From the NCBI GenBank assembly GCA_963678445.1, contig OY782877.1, positions 3,178,503 to 3,242,502 on the forward strand: a DNA stretch of 64,000 nucleotides. The letters run 5' to 3'. Position 1 is the first letter of the stretch, and every line of letters begins with the position of its first letter. Positions 51,051 to 59,284 of this stretch are shown piece after piece. Made by a program: the position numbers and the translations under genes. The DNA is from Candidatus Hydrogenedentota bacterium. GTDB taxonomy: Bacteria; Hydrogenedentota; Hydrogenedentia; Hydrogenedentales; G963678445. The notes below the pieces were generated by a model. It was not told the origin of the DNA. It saw only the letters and a program-made list of their open reading frames with translations, and ran no database searches.

Positions 51051-51956
51051 TTATTCTTTTGGCAGGAGCCACCAGTAGTCTTTTTTGTTCTCTTCCCACC
51101 AGGTAAGCCAGTAGGCGGTGTCGTGGACGTTGTCAGGAACTACGTTGAGGATAGGCTTGGGGACTAAGCGTATACCGTCGTCGTATTCTCCCTCCTCCTC
51201 GAAACATCCGGGACAGTAGTATCTCGTTTCATGGTTCCCTTCTGCGTTCGGCGAAGTGCCTTTTTTGAACCTAGATTTCAGACGGCGAATTTCTTCTTCC
51301 TCTCCTTCCACCGGGGTGAGCGCCATGGTCAGGAGCACGAGATCGTAATAATCTGAATTTTCTTCTTGGATGCGTTGCATAATAGAAGGGACGGCTAGAA
51401 GCCCCATTGTCTTCAATGCGGAAAAAGTAGGCTCAGAGAACAGTTTTTCCTTGTCGATAGCTCCCTGAGCTAAACGCTGATCAAAGGCCTGTCTTCTGAC
51501 CACGAAGGCTTCTCTTGAATAGGTAGACACATTTTTCCAGAAATGGATTATTTTTCCCTGTATTTCGGGTGTGGGCAACGCACGCCCCGGACGAATCTCA
51601 TCATAGGTCATACCAGCAACATTCCTCCACCCCCCCCTGATCATTTTGGAGAGAGCATCGTCATAAAAAGAATTGCCATACTGCGTCTGCATCAGCTTTT
51701 CAATCATGAAGGGTACGCCGAGCGCTTGCATATTGACGAGGTTGATGTAATCCTCACCGATAAAATAAACGTATAGAAGGCTTGAGCTTTGTAGTTTTGG
51801 ATTCTTAAATATCTTGGAATCCCAGTTGTTGAAATACGTGTTAAACTGTTTGTATTCTTTCTCGCGTTGTGTATATAGAGAATCAAAAATCTTTTCCTCC
51901 TGCGCCATGCTGGAAAATGATATACTCAAGATACACATCAGATAAAAAAATCTCAT
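51051..51956 (-). CDS. Secreted hypothetical protein, paralog 2 of tandem pair (candidate immunity protein)
   Basis: Start MRFFYLMCILSISFSSMAQE with RBS aaggag 7 nt upstream, 16 nt after the stop of the giant gene. About 90% nucleotide identity to the 50101-51050 unit. Confidence 0.6.
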   Translation of the reverse strand: MRFFYLMCILSISFSSMAQEEKIFDSLYTQREKEYKQFNTYFNNWDSKIFKNPKLQSSSLLYVYFIGEDYINLVNMQALGVPFMIEKLMQTQYGNSFYDDALSKMIRGGWRNVAGMTYDEIRPGRALPTPEIQGKIIHFWKNVSTYSREAFVVRRQAFDQRLAQGAIDKEKLFSEPTFSALKTMGLLAVPSIMQRIQEENSDYYDLVLLTMALTPVEGEEEEIRRLKSRFKKGTSPNAEGNHETRYYCPGCFEEEGEYDDGIRLVPKPILNVVPDNVHDTAYWLTWWEENKKDYWWLLPKE

Positions 51957-51972
51957 TTCAGGCTCCTTATCC

Positions 51973-54900
51973 TTATCTATAATACCGCGTTGGTGGACCA
52001 TATTCTTTTAACCACGTGTCGCCATGCGTAATGCGCTCTTCTTTACCTCGTTTACTACCCCAATTTCCGCCACAATCGTCTATTTTATAGGCGTGAAGAC
52101 CTTTTTTCGGGTTATTCTCGTCAAACACAAGGCCCACCCTGGCCCCTTCTCTGGTTGCACAGTGTTCGAAACCATGCTCCGCATAGAACGCATCCCAGTC
52201 ATCATTTTTAATTTTCCCATCGTTATTGCCATACTCAGCATCAACAGAAACGTACTTAGGATCTGAAGAAGGGTAAAAATAGGTTATCCATTTGTCGGTT
52301 CTTCCCACACTCCAGGCGATACAGTTGTATCTATCTGTAGGTTCGTCGGTTTTACAGACAGGGACCAGTTTTTCTTCTCCTTCTGTATAATATCCTAGAA
52401 ATGCGCAGGCTGCGTTTGGGATTCCACAGGCGCATATTGGCTGGAAAACAGGGGTTATGCTTCTGGATTCCGTCATTGTAAGGTAAATGGTGCTTTTTTT
52501 GAGGTTGGAGAGAGTGTTGGGCAGAAAGACTCTTGTCCAGCCGTTGGTGTCGGATGTGGCGTAGCCCCAGGCATCGCCTTTGCCGCACCAGCCTGCGAAG
52601 GCGTAGCCGGGTAGGGGACGGGCTTTTATCTGGACGATATCGTTGTCGTTGTAGTATTTTTGGGCAGGGTCGCTGGTAACGTAACCTTTACATCTTGAAT
52701 AGCCGAGATCGAGGGTGTGGGCGGATTTGGCTTTGTAGCTAACATGGGCGCCGCATGAGCTTGGGGTGGTCTCCCAGCTTACGCCTTGATATCCAAGGGT
52801 ATTAGAGTGTGGAACAGGAATGGCTGTAACATCACAGGAGCTGGAGCAGGTAACGGGAGGTAGAATTCGGGTTCCACCAACGATAATGGGCAGGACGCCA
52901 ATTGTGCTTGAGGAGGTATAGGTCTTTGCTGTAGAGGGAATGGGGGAAGATGAAATGATGGGTTCGAGCGCCGTAAGCTCAGATTTTCCCGGAAGTTGTA
53001 TGGTGGCGCCGTAGCTGATGACATCGTTAATGACGCCATTGTCATAGAGTTCCCAACGTCCCTTGCCCTCGGGGGGGAGGAAAAAGCTGATGGTGACGGA
53101 TTCGTTTTGTGGCGTAGTGATGTTAACGCCTTGGTAAATATCACTTTCGTCATATACCGGGCTTATGGAACCCTCCGAAAGAAGATGTAACCCCACGTTT
53201 TCGGCTATTTGAGCAGCCGGCAGAAAAAGTGTGGTCTCCCATTTTTCGATAACGTTTGCTTTGATGGTATAGCCCTCATAGGATTTGGGCACCACAAAGG
53301 TTTCGACGGATTTGTCGCTACCGTCTATGGGCAGGTCGGGCGCGTGCCAGCAGCTGAAGGTGGCGAATGCCGGATTGATGGTCTCGGCAGTAACGGTGAC
53401 CTCGCGTCCAACACGCAACGGTACGGTGCTATTTTCGCCAATGGTGTCAATTTCGCAGTCGTTGGTTTTTCCGGTAATGCGAATGGCCACCCTTTCGGGT
53501 TCGGGGCCATCATTACCATCCGGATCCAAAAGCACGTTTTCCAAGGTAATTGGCGTAGTCGCACCGTTGCATGTATCGTTTTCACAAGTGACGCATTCTC
53601 CGGGTGGGGGTTGGTAGCCGGAGGGCGCTATGCCGTCGCTGGCGTTTGAACCGTAGTTTTTGGCGTCGCCCAGGGATGTGCTGCTCGCGGCTTTTGGGGC
53701 GTTCAGGGACGCTGGCTGTACGCTATCCAGGGTATAGTGCCATTCGCCGATGTTGACCAGGCCGTCGTTGTCGCAGTCGTTTTCGGGGGCGAAGTGTTGT
53801 AGGGATTCGATGGCGTAGTTGCTGCTGTCGAGTTCGATGCCGGTGAGTTCTTCGATTTCGTGGCATATCATGTCGGTGGCGCCGTAGTAGCCGAGGGTCA
53901 TGTAGGAGGCGATTACGTTGATGATAGCGGCGGTGCATTCGACGGGTTGGGGGTTGATGAGGGGGTTGCACCAGGGGCTGATATCCGTTGTGGCGCGTGC
54001 GTGGTTTTGCATAAAGTGCTTGTAAACCAGTTTGTTGGATACCCCGCCGGTTTCGGACAGGTTAATCTCGGGATGGAGCAGAACGTGTTCGAGCAGGGCG
54101 AATTCGGCGGCGTCGGGGATGCCGTTTTCGGTGTGGATGGGGTTACCGGCTTCGTCGAAGAAGAGGCCACCGCGGTCCCATTGCATGTTGCTCACTTCTT
54201 GGGCGGAGGTGAGTTCTCCGATGTTTTCCAGGAATATGCCGAGGTCAGCGATCAGGTCGAGGTCGGTCAGTTCGGAACGTTCCTCGAAAAAGGCGGTAAG
54301 GATAACGTCGGCATCAAGGGGAAGCTGTATGTCGGGGAAGGGAATGCCGCCGGTGTTTTGCTGGAAGGCCATGTTGTTGAAATTGGCGATGCGGAGGGTG
54401 TTGTGCCATTGGTCCTGCCAGTAGAGGAAGGTCCAGTCGGTGTCTGCCTGTGCGGTGAGGGGCAGGGTGTTTACTTCGCAGTCGGGACAGTCGGTCTGGG
54501 TGGAGTTGGGCGGCCAGTCGAGGGGGCTGTAGGTGAGGATGTATTTTGTGCCTTCGAAGGGGGTAAGTGCACCGTTGCCCTCGTCTTGGAGAGTTACTTT
54601 GACACTGGGAGGTGTGCCGGTCGCTTCGGGATCGTTCACACTGAGCAGCATCTCTTTGCTTACCAATTGGTTGGAGGTGCTAAGCGCAAGGGCATGGAAA
54701 AAACCGGGGGTGTCGGTCCAGGTAGTGAAAGAGGCAAAACCGTCTTCCACATCCTGAAACAGGTATTCTTCGAGGTTGGTGAATCCATCACCATCAAAAT
54801 CACCATCCTGATGAAACACATCGTCGAGGCAGGTGAATTCCCAACAGGATGGGGGCTGCGGAACGATTCCGTAGCGTTGGACCAGGTTGGCAATGTAGAG

Positions 54901-55872
54901 GGCCTCGGCGTTCAAAACGCTTTCCAGGCTAAGTGTGCTATACGTGGCCAGTGCGCAAACTACGGCGTAGTCGGGATGGGTAAAGTTGGGTAGCTGTGCC
55001 GCCACTGTGTCGTTGTATTCAAGCCAGAGGGCCAGATTGGATAGCCATGCGCTCCGGGCTTCCGCATAGAGCGGATGGCTCTGGTCCTCCAATACGCGCT
55101 CGAGTAGGAAGAATTCCAGCACGTCGGGTATGTGGTAGCCTTTTGTATCCGGGTTCAGATTAAAGAGTCCGGTAGTATCAATAGCCGTCTGATCGATGTT
55201 CAGCGTGGGGAGAAATTGGCTTATAAAAGGACGTGTCAAAAAATCCCAATCAACATCGTCAATTTGGTTCAGGATGTTGTTGTAATCGGCTAGCAGCAAT
55301 GCCAGTGTGTCTATGGGACCCAGCGTAAGATCGGGAGGATTGAGGGAGCGATCGATACCGCGCAGGTAATCAACAAAGTGCTGCAGGTCGCCCGGCAGGT
55401 GATGTTTAACAAATACGGCATTTACACTGGTATTCGTCGTTAAGGGGAAGGTGAGCGGCCATGCATACTGCGCTGCACCGGTATCCACCGACCAGTGGTC
55501 AAAGCGGTACCCGATAGACGGCGTTGCTTTAAGGGTGAGGGGCGTGTTCCAGCCAAAGGTGTAGGGCGAATTATAGGACACACCGCCAGATTCGACAGTA
55601 ACGTCGCCTTGGGTCGTGTCGCAAGTAAGATTCAGCGTATATTGGTCAAGCTCAAACGTGGCGTATGCGGTTATATCCCTGTTCATGGTAAGCACCACCG
55701 TACTGGGTTGGGTAGCGAGATCCCCCGTCCATCCCGTGAAATGATAATGAGGATTGGGCATCGCGCTAAGCGTGACGGAGTCGCCGTAGGTATACACTAT
55801 AGGGAAGCTATCCGTATTCGGCGGCGTCGCGGTGACATGACCGCTTCCCTTACTCAAGTCGTTTCTATTCAC
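51973..55872 (-). CDS. Giant (1299 aa) multi-domain secreted/surface protein with a C-terminal Cys/His putative hydrolase (toxin-like) domain
   Basis: Repeated GYxFxGW/HW InlB-B-repeat-like modules (HYHFTGWTGD, GYRFDHWSVD, GYAFAGWCGKGD). Thrombospondin-type-3/dockerin-like Ca-binding loops (DGDFDGDGFTNLEEY, DCDNDGLVNIGEW). A distinct last ~160 aa (…YNCIAWSVGRTDKW…HAYKIDDCGGNW…). Confidence 0.7.
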   Translation of the reverse strand: MNRNDLSKGSGHVTATPPNTDSFPIVYTYGDSVTLSAMPNPHYHFTGWTGDLATQPSTVVLTMNRDITAYATFELDQYTLNLTCDTTQGDVTVESGGVSYNSPYTFGWNTPLTLKATPSIGYRFDHWSVDTGAAQYAWPLTFPLTTNTSVNAVFVKHHLPGDLQHFVDYLRGIDRSLNPPDLTLGPIDTLALLLADYNNILNQIDDVDWDFLTRPFISQFLPTLNIDQTAIDTTGLFNLNPDTKGYHIPDVLEFFLLERVLEDQSHPLYAEARSAWLSNLALWLEYNDTVAAQLPNFTHPDYAVVCALATYSTLSLESVLNAEALYIANLVQRYGIVPQPPSCWEFTCLDDVFHQDGDFDGDGFTNLEEYLFQDVEDGFASFTTWTDTPGFFHALALSTSNQLVSKEMLLSVNDPEATGTPPSVKVTLQDEGNGALTPFEGTKYILTYSPLDWPPNSTQTDCPDCEVNTLPLTAQADTDWTFLYWQDQWHNTLRIANFNNMAFQQNTGGIPFPDIQLPLDADVILTAFFEERSELTDLDLIADLGIFLENIGELTSAQEVSNMQWDRGGLFFDEAGNPIHTENGIPDAAEFALLEHVLLHPEINLSETGGVSNKLVYKHFMQNHARATTDISPWCNPLINPQPVECTAAIINVIASYMTLGYYGATDMICHEIEELTGIELDSSNYAIESLQHFAPENDCDNDGLVNIGEWHYTLDSVQPASLNAPKAASSTSLGDAKNYGSNASDGIAPSGYQPPPGECVTCENDTCNGATTPITLENVLLDPDGNDGPEPERVAIRITGKTNDCEIDTIGENSTVPLRVGREVTVTAETINPAFATFSCWHAPDLPIDGSDKSVETFVVPKSYEGYTIKANVIEKWETTLFLPAAQIAENVGLHLLSEGSISPVYDESDIYQGVNITTPQNESVTISFFLPPEGKGRWELYDNGVINDVISYGATIQLPGKSELTALEPIISSSPIPSTAKTYTSSSTIGVLPIIVGGTRILPPVTCSSSCDVTAIPVPHSNTLGYQGVSWETTPSSCGAHVSYKAKSAHTLDLGYSRCKGYVTSDPAQKYYNDNDIVQIKARPLPGYAFAGWCGKGDAWGYATSDTNGWTRVFLPNTLSNLKKSTIYLTMTESRSITPVFQPICACGIPNAACAFLGYYTEGEEKLVPVCKTDEPTDRYNCIAWSVGRTDKWITYFYPSSDPKYVSVDAEYGNNDGKIKNDDWDAFYAEHGFEHCATREGARVGLVFDENNPKKGLHAYKIDDCGGNWGSKRGKEERITHGDTWLKEYGPPTRYYR

Positions 55873-56379
55873 TTCAAGTTTTCTTTCCTGTCTGGGATTA
55901 TATAATCCAGACCAGAAATTGATATACGAGCGGAAAGGGCACTTTAGACTTACGCAATACCCCCCTCACGGATGTAGGTCCGGGGGGGCTTTTTTAGATC
56001 TGTCGACAGACATCCCCGATAACGTCATAGAAACTCATTTTCTTCGGAGTATCCCGTGTCTGAGATAATATTGCTTGTGAAATACATCAGCTTCATTCAA
56101 TAGTTGGTGGACCTTGGGAGTGTTCTTTATCTGATATCCAATTATCATAGTGATTGGAAGCGCAGGAAGACTAACAAAATTTATCGAGAATAGCTCCATA
56201 TAACATATTTGAAATCAGCTACATATGAAGGGTGTTCTGAAATAGAATTCGGTGCTTTGTTAGCACTTGACATCAATGAGTGCTAAGCGTTATACTCATA
56301 ATTATCCTAAAAAGGGTGCGTATTAAGCGCCAGAGATAGCTTAGCAAAACAGAGATTATAAAGGACTTAACGAAACCAC

Positions 56380-57363
56380 ATGACAGAACCTTTTCAGATA
56401 CTCTCGTTAGATGGCGGCGGCATCAAGGGCCTATTTTCTGCTGCTGTGCTGGCACATATCGAGAAGGACTTGAAAACCCGAATCGTAGACCATTTCGATT
56501 TAATCGTCGGCACTTCTACCGGTGGAATCATAGCTCTGGCCCTAGGCCTAGGAATATCGCCCAAGGAGATAGTTGAGTTCTATGTAGAAAAAGGACCAAA
56601 GATTTTTCCGAAGGGATGGTTGTTTCGGCCTGTAAGAGGACTTCAACATTATGTCATGCGAAAATTCTCTGCTAGGGGACTTGAGAAGGCTCTTCAAGAA
56701 ATCGCTGGCGACAAGACTCTGGGAGACTGCCAAAAGCGTTTAGTAGTTCCTTCCTATAACCTTCAAGAGAATGATGTTTACCTTTTCAAGACCCCCCATC
56801 ATAAACGCTTTCGAAGGGACTGGGAAATTCCTGTCTGGAAGGTGGCCCGTGCGACCTCCGCTGCTCCTACATACTTCTCGGCATACAGAGGGATTGATTC
56901 TGTCCGTCTCATTGACGGAGGTGTGTGGGCAAATAATCCGTGTATGGTGGGTGTAGTCGAAGCTATGAGCACACTCTCTGTTGATTCTGCCTGCCTGAAA
57001 CTATTTAGCATTGGTACTTCAGATGGAGTAGTACGGCGCTCCTCGCTACTTGATTGGGCAGGGCGTTTTCTTTGGGCACGTCACGCCAGCGATGTGCTCT
57101 TGGACGCGCAGTCAAGAGGAGCCTTCACCCAAGCTAAACTCATTTTAGGCACGGACCGGACGTACCGCATCAACCCTAAGGTACCTGCGGGGCTGTTCGG
57201 TCTCGATAAATTGTCAACAAAAGAACATCTAGGTATGGCAGCTCACCAAAGTAGAAAGTTTATACCTATCTTTGAACAACACTTCGCAGCCCACACCGCC
57301 CCAAAGTATCAACCGTTCTATGGCCGAAACTCAGATACCGACGAAACACCGACAACTGATTAA
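56380..57363 (+). CDS. Patatin-like phospholipase (CBASS CapV/CapE-type effector)
   Basis: Oxyanion GGGIKG, nucleophile elbow GTSTGG (GxSxG), catalytic DGG (LIDGGVWANNP). Confidence 0.85.
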   Translation: MTEPFQILSLDGGGIKGLFSAAVLAHIEKDLKTRIVDHFDLIVGTSTGGIIALALGLGISPKEIVEFYVEKGPKIFPKGWLFRPVRGLQHYVMRKFSARGLEKALQEIAGDKTLGDCQKRLVVPSYNLQENDVYLFKTPHHKRFRRDWEIPVWKVARATSAAPTYFSAYRGIDSVRLIDGGVWANNPCMVGVVEAMSTLSVDSACLKLFSIGTSDGVVRRSSLLDWAGRFLWARHASDVLLDAQSRGAFTQAKLILGTDRTYRINPKVPAGLFGLDKLSTKEHLGMAAHQSRKFIPIFEQHFAAHTAPKYQPFYGRNSDTDETPTTD

Positions 57364-57371
57364 GGAAACAT

Positions 57372-58565
57372 ATGATGGAGACAAAACAAAAAGTGATTGA
57401 GTCGTTGGTAGAATCGCTTGAGGTTTCGCCTAGCACGTATGAGTTAGCCGAAAGCAGGTATAAGGATTTGGGGGTGTGGCTTCATGACGCTTCCAAAGCA
57501 AAGGTAGCGCCATATGATCCACATGTTTTTCCCCAAGGCTCTATTCGGCTTGGCACAGCCATTCGCCCCTTGGATTCCGACCATTACGATTTGGACCTAG
57601 CGTGCGAATTGCGAGCAGGTATCTCGACGAATTCTCACAGCCAAGAAGATGTAAAGGCTTTTATTGGCGGGGATCTTGAGAAATATCGAATCGAGCGAAA
57701 TATTAAGGATAAGCTTGATGAAAAACATCGCTGTTGGAGGCTAAACTACCAAGATAGTCCTAGATTCCATATGGACACCGTTCCATGTATCCCACACGAT
57801 GAAAAAATACGACAACATCTTTTTGAAAGCATGAAAACGGGAAGCATCCAGACAGAACTCGCTGATAACATCGCCAATCAAGCAATTGCTATCACTGATA
57901 ACAGGCGGCCAGATTTTTCCATGCTCTCTCCCAACTGGCCTATCAGCAATCCCGAAGGATATGCTATTTGGTTTGAATCCCGCATGAGACAAGCGAAGCA
58001 GCTTCTCGAATGTCGGGTGGCTTCGGCTCTGGTAGCAAGTATCGAGGAGCTTCCTACTTACCAATGGAAATCCCCACTTCAGCGATGTGTGCAGATTTTG
58101 AAACGGCATAGGGACCAGATGTTTCGTCAGAATGGCGATGCCAAACCTATCTCAATAATCATAACGACTCTGGCCGCTCAGGCCTACCAGGGTGAACGCG
58201 ACATATACGAGGTGCTTGCGCAGATTTTGAACTCAATGGGTAACTTTGTACGCCCTACAGCGCCACGTGTCCCAAATCCTGTAAATCCGAAAGAAGACTT
58301 TGCCGACAAGTGGGGCACGCTAGAAGGAAAGCGGCTTGCACTTGAAGATAACTTCCGGCTTTGGCTGCAACAAGCAAAGGCAGACTTTGAAAACCTTTCC
58401 TCCGCAAGAACACGCCAGCGGGTGGCTTCACTGACTACTCATAAGTATGGAGTGAATATCAGCGAAGAACGACTTGAGCAAATCCCAGGGCTTTCTTCAT
58501 CTGCCCCGACAATTGCGTCTTTTAAGATCGCCGAATCGTCACCCCCAAAGCCATGGCAAAAGTAA
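57372..58565 (+). CDS. cGAS/DncV-like nucleotidyltransferase (CD-NTase, SMODS-type)
   Basis: Pol-beta-type minimal NTase signature GS-x9-D-x-D (QGSIRLGTAIRPLDSDHYDLDL) plus a third acidic residue (FHMDTVPCIP). 397 aa. Starts 9 nt after the patatin gene (RBS aaggaaa) and overlaps the next gene by 13 nt. Confidence 0.7.
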   Translation: MMETKQKVIESLVESLEVSPSTYELAESRYKDLGVWLHDASKAKVAPYDPHVFPQGSIRLGTAIRPLDSDHYDLDLACELRAGISTNSHSQEDVKAFIGGDLEKYRIERNIKDKLDEKHRCWRLNYQDSPRFHMDTVPCIPHDEKIRQHLFESMKTGSIQTELADNIANQAIAITDNRRPDFSMLSPNWPISNPEGYAIWFESRMRQAKQLLECRVASALVASIEELPTYQWKSPLQRCVQILKRHRDQMFRQNGDAKPISIIITTLAAQAYQGERDIYEVLAQILNSMGNFVRPTAPRVPNPVNPKEDFADKWGTLEGKRLALEDNFRLWLQQAKADFENLSSARTRQRVASLTTHKYGVNISEERLEQIPGLSSSAPTIASFKIAESSPPKPWQK

Positions 58566-59221
58566 AAAAAACTTGGACGGATATTGATCTACAGGGATTT
58601 CTACGCAAGTTCCCTGACATGTCTGTAGTACCGCAGAAAGAAGGTTCGTTGGTTCTTGAGGGTTGTTTTAGCTTTGAGGCATCAACAACTTCTCATGGCT
58701 CTGAGTCTGGTACTTACCTTCTTCGAATCAAAGTTCCACCCTCATTTCCTGCAGAGCTTCCTCGGGTTCAAGAACTCGGAAAGCGCATACCTAAGAATCC
58801 AGAACACCATATCAATTCCGACGGTTCACTCTGTTTGGGATCGCGTATCCGTCTACTTGTTCAAATCTCAAAAGAGCCGACTCTTTGTGGCTTCGCTAAG
58901 AATTGTCTAATACCATATCTCTTTGCCATCACACGAAAACTAAAACATGGTAACGCACTGGTATTCGGAGAGCTTGCTCACGGCAACACAGGAGAACTCA
59001 ACGATTATGCTGATTTGTTGAATCTTGACAATCCCCCTGCGGTCCTTTGCGCATTGAAGTATCTCGGAATGAAAAAGAGACGCGCCAACAAACTACCTTG
59101 TCCATGTGGCTGTGGCTTGCGCCTTGGCAAGTGTAGATTCAACTTTCATTTACGCGAACTCCGTTGTCTTGCTGAAAGGGATTGGTTTCAGTCGGTCCTA
59201 AGCGATCTGGAGAAACAGTGA
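58553..59221 (+). CDS. E2 ubiquitin-conjugating-like protein (CBASS Cap2-short type) with C-terminal Cys cluster
   Basis: UBC-like active-site region PEHHINSDGSLCLG (HPN-like...G-x-LCL) and a C-terminal CPCGCGLRLGKC. 222 aa, with no E1 or JAB partner present. Confidence 0.55.
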   Translation: MAKVKKTWTDIDLQGFLRKFPDMSVVPQKEGSLVLEGCFSFEASTTSHGSESGTYLLRIKVPPSFPAELPRVQELGKRIPKNPEHHINSDGSLCLGSRIRLLVQISKEPTLCGFAKNCLIPYLFAITRKLKHGNALVFGELAHGNTGELNDYADLLNLDNPPAVLCALKYLGMKKRRANKLPCPCGCGLRLGKCRFNFHLRELRCLAERDWFQSVLSDLEKQ

Positions 59222-59284
59222 TACTGTAGCGCTAAGAGACATCAGAATGCGAATACTGATCCTTACACGCTCCTTTAAGCTAGT

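Noticed and set aside
55949-55995. Plus-strand terminator-like hairpin (cccccc...ggggggg followed by cttttttag) in the divergent intergenic region between the giant gene and the patatin gene.
   Set aside because: No plus-strand gene lies upstream of it. Without transcript data it cannot be assigned. It may be a relic or part of a promoter region.
57372-58565. Possibility that the GS...DxD protein is an ordinary minimal nucleotidyltransferase, such as an MNT-type antitoxin or aminoglycoside nucleotidyltransferase.
   Set aside because: Its length (397 aa) is far larger than MNT antitoxins. It has a third downstream acidic residue. It has an operonic context with a patatin and an E2-like gene. 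All of this matches CD-NTases. Retained as the cyclase call, with structure-based checks suggested.
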